From Malacoraja senta (lineage: Eukaryota): 64,000 nucleotides of DNA. This document shows, in pieces, positions 50,510 to 61,270 of this stretch (positions are counted from its first letter, which is position 1; each line of letters begins with the position of its first letter). The stretch is from positions 30,380,001 through 30,444,000 of the forward strand of contig CM075980.1 of assembly GCA_038087875.1 (NCBI GenBank). The letters run 5' to 3'. Made by a program: the position numbers and the translations under genes. The notes beneath the pieces are model-generated. The model had not been told where the DNA came from and made no database searches. It worked only from the letters and a program-made list of their open reading frames with translations.

Positions 50510-51300
50510 TAGAAGAGTACAGTGCAGGAACAGGCCCTTCGGCCCACCATGTCTGTGTTGACCATGATGCCAATCTAATCTAACCATTTGCGCATGGTCT
50601 GCATCCCTCTACTGTGTGCATGCTCATGTGCCTATCTAAATGTCTAGGCCTGTCATCATTTTATATGCTTCCCGGGCATTTCTGACATTGAGGAGAAAAC
50701 AATCTAAGTTTGTCCAACCTCTCCTTGTAAGTAATACCTTCTAATCCAGGCAGCTTTCTGGTAAACCTCAGCTGGACACTATTCAAAGTCTCCACATCCG
50801 AACCACACATAACACTCCAAATGCGGCCTAACCAATGTCCGATAAAGCTGCAACATGACTTCCTTATACTCGTTGCCCAGATCGATGAAGACATGCATAC
50901 CATACATCTTTACCACTATTTACCTGTGTTGCTACTTTCAGGGAGCTATGGACTTGTCCCCAAGATCCCTCCGTATATCAATGCTGTTTGCCTCACCCGC
51001 TGAGTTTCTCCCGCAATTTTTATCTACTGTCGTTTTTTCCAGCATCTGCAGTTCCTTCTTAAATATTGTCTACTCCATTGCGCCCCTCCTCCCCCCAGCT
51101 CTCGCACACAGCCTACTGTCTCCGCCTCTTCCTTTCTTTTTCCCGCCACCCCCCCCCCACATCAGTATGAAGAAGGGTCTCAACCCGAAACGTCGCCTAC
51201 TCCGTTTCTTCATATATGCTGCCTAACCCGCTGTGTTTCCCCAGCATTTTATGTCTACTTTCAATTTTTCCAGCATCTGCACTTTCTTCTTAAACATGAA
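50510..51300. mobile_element. CR1 fragment (minus strand) followed by tandem PLE ends (plus strand, ~50985-51297)
   Basis: ORF 50661..50903(-) contains VQLRFTRKLPGLEGITYKERL. A degenerate hammerhead motif lies at ~51167-51194. Confidence 0.6.
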
Positions 51301-51760
51301 CTGTATTTGTTCCTTCTTACATTCGACATCCTAAAATGTAATACCTCACTTGCTCGGATTAAACTCCATTAGCCACTTCGCCGCCCAATTTTGTAACTGA
51401 TCTATGTGCCGCTGTATACTTTGACAGCCCTTCCTACTGTCTGCAACTCCACCAATTTTGGTGTCATCTGCAGGTTTACTAACCAACCTATCGTTCTACA
51501 TTTACATCCAAGTTGTTTATATATGTCAAAAGCAAACATACCAGTTCCTGTGGAACTCCACCAGTTACAAACTCCCAGCCAGTATAACACCCTTCCACCA
51601 CAGCCTCCATCTTCTATGAATAAACTAGTTCAGAATTCAAACAACTAAGTCACCGAGGATCCCATGCATCTTAAAGTTGAAGACATTTGCATCATGCATC
51701 ACAAAAAGAAAATTTGCCCGAAGGTAATAAACATGGAATTAAAATTCCTCTTATGCTTAC

Positions 51761-51844
51761 CTTTTGTTGACCGGCTTCTCATTTTTCTCATATGGTTTAA
51801 CAAACCATTTTCCAATCCGTACAAAGTTCTTTTCCATCAGACAC
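51761..51844 (-). CDS. MED13L: MED13L exon 4 (84 nt): (R)[27 protein letters not shown](S)
   Basis: Translated by hand; not in the ORF track. Acceptor tttttttag, donor AAG|gtaagc. Confidence 0.95.
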
Positions 51845-53402
51845 CTAAAAAAATTGAAAATGAGAACTAAACAACGTTGCTTCTCCTTTTTTCCCCATCT
51901 CAAATCTAAACACCATTCTGAATTTAAATTGTTTTCAATGTAATTCCATAAGCAAATATTACAAAGATAAATAGCCTGAAATTATGAACCGAAAATTATT
52001 GTTAATTGTAGAAGATAACTGATAGAAATCATAACAAGGCACTTTGAGGTTGTGAAAGCCATCATATTAATGCAAGGCAGTTTTTAAAAGTATATTATTT
52101 TCTGCTCAATGCCTAGCTTTTTGGTAAGGATGAAACAGAAATTGCACATCAAAATATTGGCCCGTCATTTGAAGATTCTAAGCAGTCTAGGTCTGCATAG
52201 AATTCTATATGTGTATTTTTACAATACTGGAGAGATTTCAGCGCAGAACATTAAAAATGTCATATCTCCACTGTTTCAAGTAGTATGGCGTTAATTTTTT
52301 CAGGGATTGTTACTCAAATGTGCAAGAGATAGTAGAGATAAAATCAAGTTAGGAATTAAATCAATTCCCTGATTCAACCGGTTTATATCTCAAAAATATC
52401 AATTTTTAGGACACCAAAAATGTGACATGCTTTGACATAATGAAATAAAAAGGCAATTTCTGCATTAATTTCATTATAATTCAAAACATTTTCAAGTTTG
52501 TTGCTTTGCAGAAGTGAATGTTTCGCAGTAATAAGCAAAACTTCTGATGAATTTGGCATTAGGTGCTCTGAATGGCAATATTTCACAGAGCGTAACGGTG
52601 GTTACTCTTGGTGTCCACTCTATTTTAGAGTAACCACCGTTACACCACAATGGTAAATTAAGACCAAAGAACTTCCCAAGGAGATTGAAAAATTTCTCGT
52701 TTGAAGAACTCAATAGATAATGAAATTATGAGAAGAAAGTAATCTTAATATCAAGATTCTGTAAAAGCTGCTGCATGCCAAATTTAGTGAATATTTTTGG
52801 TGTCCACCATCACACGTGTAACACCAGCATTTTGCTGTAGCTATATTTCCATCAAATTATGTACCTGCAGTCTCTTATTATGTATGAACAATTACTTCCA
52901 TAAAGTTTATTCAAAACATGAGAAAGAAATTACAAAAAAATAAATACTGGAAGAAACAGGAGCTACTTTCATTTTGGTGTCCACCCTTGGACACTGTGTA
53001 ACGCACGTTTCAGTACATCACAGGAATATTGCTCATTTGGTCACATACATGTTTATAGCAAGAAAGTACATTTGTATGTTGAAAAACAGCAAAGTGAAGA
53101 AATCAGCTATCACGCTTTAGAAAAAAATGACTTTCTAAATATCATGTTATGCTTGTTATGGTGGAGACCCAAACATAAAGTGTAAAAAAAAGCATAGGAA
53201 CGCATAGGAATTTTGTTAATTAATCAAATTTTCTCAAACTTCATGAACCATCTCTCCCTGTCATGTACAGCCGCTGTGAGGGTTTTTGATTAATCTGAAT
53301 CATGTTGAAATAATTTATTTGTGAACTTGAGTTTTATGTATGATGTCACACTTTTGGTATCCAGTATTGTAAAAACACACATGTTTTCAGGAATAACACT
53401 TA

Positions 53403-56400
53403 AGAGAGTCTTTGTGTAGTACCATAATACCATGTAACGGGTGGCTTGCACATATGTGTGGTGAAGGTTATAAATCGCATGAATTAATTAATTAAAAAAG
53501 CATATATAGTGGTTAGCGGAGCAAATATAGAACACCAGTATAAGGTGCGGCATTTATTATTTTACTGCATATGAGAGCACATAAAACTAAACAGCTCATG
53601 CACAGTTCAGGTATAGCCAGTTAATTTTCCAATTAGCAAGTTTGGTTTGCAGACACGACCTGCACGTGTACGATAATAACCTCCAGCAGACACCTCATTC
53701 TACGCTGGAAAAGCAAGTCCCTTATCGGGGGGAGGAGAAGACACCGGTGGTGATTGGGGCACCGGGGAAGGCAGGGGATGGCACTGGCACCGGCAGAGGA
53801 ATCGCTGGAGCAGCATTCGCAGAGCACGAGGGAAGACCGGCAGGCTGGTCTGGGTAAGGACATGGAGGAGCTGGTTCATTAACCGGAAGGAAATGTTGGC
53901 GGGTTCGCCGATAAATGCCGTTGCCAATATTGACCAGGTACGAGCGGGTTCCGCGGTGGACCCCAGAATGACTCCGAGGTGGTCGTAACCTCAGAGTGAC
54001 CGCAAACGGACAACCTGTCCCTTGTTGAACGGTTGAAGCGGAGAACTGGTTTTATCGTAGTATTTTCTTTGTATGTTGCGGCGGCGTTGGAGCTGGGATT
54101 TGATAACTGACAGCGCGCAAACTTGTGGTTCTAGTAGTTGCTTGACTATAGGCAGAGTGGAGCGGGTTCGCCGTGACATGAGCCGTTTGGCTGCAGATCC
54201 CAGGAAAGGGTCGCGGACGATGTTCCGAAGGTTGAGTAAATCGAGATACACATCAGAGCCGACCCTGTGTGAGCGTTCCATTAGTTCTTTTTCACTTTTT
54301 ATCGTGCGCTCAGCCAGGCCGTTGGACTGCGGGTACTCGAGGCTACTGGTAATGTGGTGAAAGTCCCAGTTTTTCGCGAAATTCCTGAAGAGCTGACTGG
54401 AGAACTGAGGTCCATTGTCTGAGAGTAGTTTTAGGGGGGCTCCACGGACAGAGAAGTGACGAGTTAGTTTATGAATGACCATGGCTGAGGTCGGGCAACT
54501 GAGCAGGTCGATTTCAAACCATCCTTAGTAGCAATCAACTAAAACCATGTATTGTTGGCCATGCCACTCGAAGATGTCGGCTGCTACTGTGGACCAGGGT
54601 AAGTCCGGCGTGGGGTGCGGGAGGAGTGGTTGTTTCTGTTGGTGCAGGGTCAAGCTATTGCAGATTGGGCAGGCAGCAACCTTCTCTAGAATGTAGTTAG
54701 CCATGTCTGGTCAGAACAGCATTCCTTTCGCATGTTGAAGGGTTATTTCTGCAGCAGGATGGCCCCCATGTTCAATGTCGAAGTACTTGCTGTGAAGAGA
54801 CTTCGGGATGACTGCCTTGTGTCCTTTCATTATCACGCCGTCCTGAATGATGAGTTCGTCATGGACAGGGAAAAATGGGCGGACAGCTTGTGGCAGGTGG
54901 TGCTTTTTGTCTGGCCAGCCGCGGCGGATGACAGTGGCCAGCGACTGTAGTGTTTCGTCTGCAGCTGTTTGTGACACTAGGATGTCTAAACCAGCAGATG
55001 GGAGGCAGGAGACCATCATAACTGTGTACCCCTCATGCTCATCATCAGACAGGTGTTTTTCGCAGGTTGGGCGAGGTGCCCAGCTAAGTGCATGTCCTTA
55101 CCACGTTTGTAGGTTAGTCTGATGTCATATCTCTGTAGTACCATCATCATGCATTGTAATCCATCATCATCCAGGACCTGTTTCAGGTTTGAGTCATGTT
55201 CTGAAGAAGGGTTTCGACCCGAAACGTTGCCTATTTCCTTCGCTCCATAGATGCTGTCTCACCCGCTGAGTTTCTCCAGCATTTTTGTCTACCTTTGAGT
55301 CATATTCTTGTGCATTGCGCCCGGTGACCAGGATGTCGTCTACAATTATGTAACATGGGGAGCTATCAAAGAGTTGTTCCATAGTATGCTGGAAAACCTC
55401 ACTGGCTGAATTGATGCCAAATGGCATTCGTAAAAATCGGTAGCGTCAGAAGGGCGTCGCGAATATGGTTAACATGGAGGATGCATGGTCTAGTGGCATT
55501 TGTCAAAATGAGTTCTTTGCATTTAGGACAGAAAAAACTGTGGCTTTACCCAGGTTGGCAGCGACTTCTTCCACCGTCCGCATTAAGTGGTGTGGCCGTT
55601 TGATGACAGTATTTAAATCCTTGGGGTTGATGCAGATCCTTATTTCGTCTTTGTTCTTCTTGACTGCTGCAACATGGTGGAGACCCAGGAGGAGGGGTCG
55701 TTGACAGGGGCAATTACACCCAGTGATTCCATTCTGTCTAATTCAGCTTTGACGCAGTCCTTCATTGCATGTGGGATTTTGTGAGGAGAACGAACGACAG
55801 GTATAACATCCTTGTCGGTTACAATGCTGTATTCTGTGGGAAGCTTGCCCAGCTGATTGTCAAAAAGGTCTTTGTATTGTTCGAGTAGTTGTTTGAGAGG
55901 TCGACAGCTGATACACAGTTTTGCCGAAGAAAACTGGGTTCATATTACGGCATGCATCATTGCCCAGAAGGAACCGCACTTCCCCTTTTACGATAAAAAA
56001 TTCCAAGTTGTCAACTTGAGATGCCAGATGGTATTGTAGTGTAACCGTACAAACTGGTTGTAATTCTCCCCCACCAAATGGATGTAACTTCGAGTTTGTT
56101 TTCAGAACAGTTTCGTTGTTGTGAATTCTTTGTAAATCTGCCAGCGAGATCACGTTACACCTCACCCCCGTATCTATCTTAGTGGCAACCTTGGTGTTGT
56201 TGATACTGAGCGTTGTCATGGGATCACTGTCTGTAGCCACAGAATGGGGAATACAAGAATGTATGTTTTGGCTGACTTCTTGCAGGTGCTGCGGTTGTGG
56301 CTCTGCTGTTTCAGTCAGTGCCTCGCGGAAGAGTGTGGGTTCAAGTGCACAGAGAGATTGTTGTGACTGGGCCCAGTTGACGCGGGCACGGCAGCACCGG

Positions 56401-57467
56401 ATAAAGCTGCCTTTCTTTTTACAATAGAGACAAGATTTGCCATAAGTGGGGCATTGCTCACGAAATTTCGGGTGCGAACCACTGCAATTACCAGTTATTG
56501 ACCAGATGATCAGTTACCCTCCCTGGGGGGGGGGGTTAGGCGATTGTTGAGGGGTTAATGCTTGTCGTGGGGACCTATAGAAGGCATGGACGTCATAGGC
56601 AGAGTGTGGCCCTGGTCCCAAGGCTTTGGTATGGGTATCAGTGTATTCTGCGACCCGGCAGGCATGTTCAACCTTATCAAGTGTAAGCTCCTCATCCTGG
56701 AGGAATTGATTTCTATCCTTGTCATTCAGGATGCCTTATACGAGTCTGTCGCGGATGAGCACGTCGCAGTCTTGGAAGTGGCATCTGGATGCAATGCTCT
56801 TAAGGGCACCAATGTAGGATTCAACCGTTTCGACCTCTTGTTGGCTGCGGGAAAAAAAACTTGTGGTGCTCCATGATAACGTTGGTGCGAAGTTGGCACA
56901 GGTCTCTGAACTTTCGGAGTAGGCAGACCGGGTCTCTGATGGATTCTGCTTGGGTCACAACATGTGTTACCGGATCGGTATGTTCTGGGGCGTAGTGGAA
57001 ATCCTGTGCGCGCAGGGCAGCCTCTGTGCCCGCCACATTGAGGAGAATTGACGCAACGGTGTGGGGTGCAGCTGCAGGGTGGGCTGCATCAATGAAAATC
57101 CAGAATTCCACCTCGAGATGCACCACCGTTCAGCAAGCTCACTGTCGAACACCACAGGATCTGGTCTGCGTAAGGAACTATCAATTATTCGATGTACAAA
57201 AATAAAATTAATTCAGGCAAAATAGTTGGAGACGTGATTCAAGACCGACACCATGTTTATCGGCGGCCCAATAAGAAAAACACACTCATGGTGAAATCCA
57301 ACTTAATTCCATTAAATACACAGGAACATTTCAACAGCCAGCTGCTTGCGTCTGGCTTTACTGACTAGTGTGCCCGTGCGAGAGAGAGTCTTTGTGTAGT
57401 ACCGTAATACCATGTAAAGGGTGGCATGCACATGTGTGATGAACGTTATAAATCGCATGAATTAATA
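53403..57467 (-). mobile_element. Decayed Gypsy LTR retrotransposon (Mag-like clade)
   Basis: On the minus strand, in order: gag (FIDAAH...LLNVAG), a double Cys knuckle (~56390-56490), protease KIDTG, RT MPFGINSASEVFQ...IVDD, integrase HHCC remnant and SDNGPQF...YPQSNGLAER. Direct repeat 53403-53488 / 57384-57467. CA|TGGTGTC LTR-PBS junction at 57254/57253. Confidence 0.88.
55200..55295 (+). mobile_element. PLE end with an intact hammerhead core (55201-55228) inserted in the Gypsy pol region
   Basis: CTGAAGAAGGGTTTCGACCCGAAACGTT. Confidence 0.8.
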
Positions 57468-58024
57468 AGGGTTAATCTACAATGGGCAACACTGCATGCA
57501 TTTTGAAATTCTCCAGCTGTGTTTTGGAAAATACTCTTGTACAGTAGAGACAGGATTTACCAATTATCCCCTGCATTTGCAAACTCCAATTTAGCAGCAG
57601 CCAGAATTTATGAAACTGCCCTCCCTCGATCAAAAGTGATCAGTAGTCAATTTCAGCATGGTAAATCAGTGCATTAAAAAATCTGCCAAGATGTTGATAA
57701 GGACATTTATACAAGGGACAACAAATTCCAAAATTGATTCAGCTTCGAGGCATATACCTGAATTTACAATGAAAGAGGATAGAACCCACATGATCCTTAC
57801 TTACCTGGGCAATCATTAGATTCCAAAATCAGAGTGTTGAAACAATCAGGTCAATGAGTGGACATGGAACAAGAAAAACTAACTGTTCCGATTGTATGAA
57901 TCTTGTTATGGATTGCAAAAGATCACCAATTTCAGTAATCTAATGAAAGAATTGTCACAAGATACTGAATATTACGGATATAAATCTGGTAAGTGGTTAC
58001 ATTACACATCAGTTTTTACCAAGA

Positions 58025-59700
58025 GCCAGTGTTCAATTGTCATACGCATTGGGAACTGAACAATGGCATTCTTATTTACTGCAACCTTATTGGCACATTG
58101 ACACAATAACAAATAAATACACAATAAGAAATAATGCAAAAAACTATCAGTAATACTGAGAAATGCGACAACAAGTGTAAACATAAGTACATAATACAAT
58201 ATAAACAAAGTCCATAATAAATTGTTACCACAGTACAGTTGTGCAGTGTGGTTCAAAAGCTTGATGGGAAGAACCCATTCTTGAACCTGGAGGATACAGT
58301 TCTCAGGCTCCCGTACCACCATCTCGATGGCAGCAGCAACATGAGAATGGCGCCAGGCCGGGTCTTTCTTTGGCATGCTACCTATTTGAGCTAGCGCTTC
58401 CTCCAGATCCCTTCCATTGTGGGGAGGTTATACCGTGATGGACCCGGCAAAGTTGACCACTTTCAGCAGCCTCTGTCATTCTTGGGCATTTGATTTACCA
58501 AACTAGGCCTTGAAGTAACCAGTCAGTATGCTCTCTATCATGCACCTGTGGAAGTTTGATCGAGCATTCGGTGACCTGTGGAATCTTCTCAATTTTGTGT
58601 TAAGGAGCTTTCTTTGTGAGCACATCAATGTGCTGGACCCAGGACAGATCTTCAGAGATATGCACACCCAGGAACATGAAGCTGTTGACTCTCCCCACTA
58701 CTGTCCAAGTTAATACAGATGAATGGATCATTGGGTTTCCCTTCCTGCTGATCAATCAACAATCAGCTCCTTGGTCTTGCCAACGCTGAAGGCAAAATTG
58801 ATGTTCCGGCACCATTTAGATTGTCCTGCACACTAACTCATTGTTACTCGTTATTCATCTAAGAACAGTTGCATTGCCAGCTATTTTAAAGGTGGCATTG
58901 GGGCTGTGTCTAGCTGCAGTCATGTGCACAGACAGAGTAGAACAGGAGACTGAGCATGCAGTCTTGGCGTGCCCGTGTTGATAAAAGGAGGACATTTTGT
59001 TACCAATTTGTACTGGTTGATGTCTGCCGATGAGGAAGTCCATTGCAAAGGGACAAACAAAGACCCAGTGCCCAGAGTTTGATAGCAAGTTTGGAGATGA
59101 TGATATTGAACACCAAGCTATACGTGCTCTTATTGTCCAAGTGGTACAGTGCAGAATGAAGAGCCAGCGAGATCGCATCCACTGTTGATCTGTTGTGGTG
59201 GTAGGCATATTATAGTGGATCTATGTCCTCAATATAACACGAGTTGTTATCCGTCATAACCAACCATATCATAAGGGAAAATAGACACAAAATGCTGGAG
59301 TAACTCAGCGGGACAGGCAGCATCTCTGGATAGAAGGAATGTGTGACGTCTCAGGTCAAGACCCATTTTCAGACTGCATTGGGGTAGAGGGAGATACAGA
59401 GATAAGGAAATGATTCCCCTGATTTAGTCTGAAGAAGGGTCTCGACCCGAAACATCACCCATTCCTTCTATCCGGAGATGCTGCCTGTCCCGCTGAGTTA
59501 CTCCAGCATTTTGTGTCTATCTTTGGTTTAAACTAGCATCTGCAGTTCCTTCCTACAACTTATCATAATGGATACGACTGCCACAGGTTGGCAGTCATTG
59601 AGGCAGGTCACACTGCTCTTCTTGCGCACTGTGTATTATGGATGTCATTTTGAAGTCGGCCAGGACCTTGGACCATAGTACTGAGAGGTTCAAAATGACT
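58025..59700 (-). mobile_element. Decayed Rex1/Babar-like LINE, interrupted at 59281-59557
   Basis: ORF 59000..59182(-) contains [24 protein letters not shown]-type 3' tail at ~58025-58100. Confidence 0.7.
59281..59557. mobile_element. Fold-back PLE-derived element with ~95-bp inverted arms and a ~50-bp spacer
   Basis: 59281-59375 is the reverse complement of 59426-59520. Hammerhead-like core at 59429-59456. TATCATAA occurs in both flanks. Confidence 0.85.
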
Positions 59701-60216
59701 GAAACTCTAGGCAATTGATTCGCACGTTTCAAGAACGTGGCATGCAAAAGACGCAGCAGACCTTAAGAGCTGAGATCTCATCACTTGAAAAGTACTATCC
59801 GTTTGTCCAAACTGTGACGTCTCAAACTTTACGCAAGACAAAATGCTGAAGTAACTCATGCAGAGATGCTGAGTTACTCCAACATTTTGTATCGATCTTC
59901 GGTGTAAACCAACCTCTGCAGTTCCTTCCTACACATTAACTTAATATAAATTGAACACACATTCTATCACGCAAATTGTGTTAACCTTCTCAAAGGAATG
60001 CTTCCAGTGCTTGGCAGATTGACAGACTGTTTTACAAAATTTAAGAGTATAACAGTCAACACTAAAATGGATGCTTTTATACAATGCTTTTAACGTCCTT
60101 TCAGGTGCCCGTAAAAGAGTCATAGCCAATTTAAGTGTAGTTAAGCATTGTTAAAATGGAGAAAGCACATACATGGTGAACGTCATCTCTAACATTGATT
60201 TCAATTTTGTGTGGGG

Positions 60217-60324
60217 TAGACACAAAATGCTGGAGTAAAGCAGCATCTCTGGAGAGAAGGAATAGGTGACGTTTCGGGTCGAGACCCTTCTTCAGACCTG
60301 TTTCGGGTCGAGACCCTTCTTCAG
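60217..60324 (-). ncRNA. PLE end with a tandemly duplicated minimal hammerhead-ribozyme core (candidate)
   Basis: The minus strand reads CTGAAGAAGGGTCTCGACCCGAAACAGGT-CTGAAGAAGGGTCTCGACCCGAAACGTC-ACCT. Confidence 0.6.
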
Positions 60325-61244
60325 TTATGTGTGGTGGGCTACAGTGCTATTTTCCCCTCCCAGTGGATTATAGGAATATCATAAAGCATTGCACAACTTC
60401 AGTACTTTTCGGCCAAAGTAAGAAATGTTGAAACTAAATTGCGCAGGTTGCACTGTACAACATAATGGCAGGTACGAATAAGGGAGAGAGAGCAAAAGGG
60501 TTTGGACTTCAGTTAGCAGAAGCACAGCTAACACCACTGTTTTAAGTGGAGCGTCATGTTACACATTCTGAGAATAATTCAAGTATAGCAACATATATTG
60601 GAGAAAAATTCGGAGCATGATGGCAAAATTTGAACACGCAGCAGAAAACATTTACCAGTACCAACGGCCTGTACCAATTTCAATATAGAAACCTTATTTT
60701 AACACAATGTTTAGGAATTCTTGCAAATAAACATCATTTGATGCATATGATTGACAATGGCACGACAGTTAGCACGGCTGCCTTGCAGCTCTGTGACTCG
60801 GGTGTAGATTAATGGCATTGAAGGGCATGTTTCAGAGAATGAGTTGCTAAGATACAGGAAAATAAAAAGATGGGATAATATGACTGATGAGTTTATTTTG
60901 CTGGGAGCTGGCATGGCAAAATGGCCCCTATTCTGTATCACTCTAAAAGTATGATCTGCACTCTGATTATGAAACAATCCATTCTACTTCATTTATCCAC
61001 ATCAACACACTATTCCTATCTTCCTTGTGTACTTATCCAGATTTCTCCAAATTCCATCTGTACTAGTCACGACAAATAACCACTTTCTAACCGCCAAGGG
61101 GGGAAAGAAATGTATCCTTTACTTCTTACAACCTATTAGCGACTATCTGTAGAAAACCTTCAAAAGAGTAAGCAATATTACTACGAACAGACGCTAAACT
61201 GCATTTCGTTGTACCCATACTTGTATCTGTGCAATGACAATTAA

Positions 61245-61270
61245 AATTGAATTGAATTGAATTGAATTGA
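61245..61270 (+). repeat. (AATTG)n pentamer tail of a LINE/SINE 3' fragment
   Basis: Read directly from the sequence. Confidence 0.8.

Larger units (their letters stand above)
6989..51844 (-). other. MED13L: MED13L gene body, partial (exons 4-10 by human numbering); the gene extends beyond both window ends
   Basis: Seven GT-AG exons (84, 146, 192, 186, 160, 102 and 732 nt) join in frame. The peptides match human MED13L as I recall it ([48 protein letters not shown]) better than MED13. Confidence 0.95.

Noticed and set aside
49884-50573. 229-aa minus-strand ORF as a gene
   Set aside because: It starts in a SINE/LINE tail, has low-complexity GC-driven composition and shows no recognisable domain.
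6989-51844. Assignment to the paralogue MED13
   Set aside because: Exon 6, 8 and 10 peptides ([40 protein letters not shown]) match MED13L as I recall it. A reciprocal BLAST would confirm.
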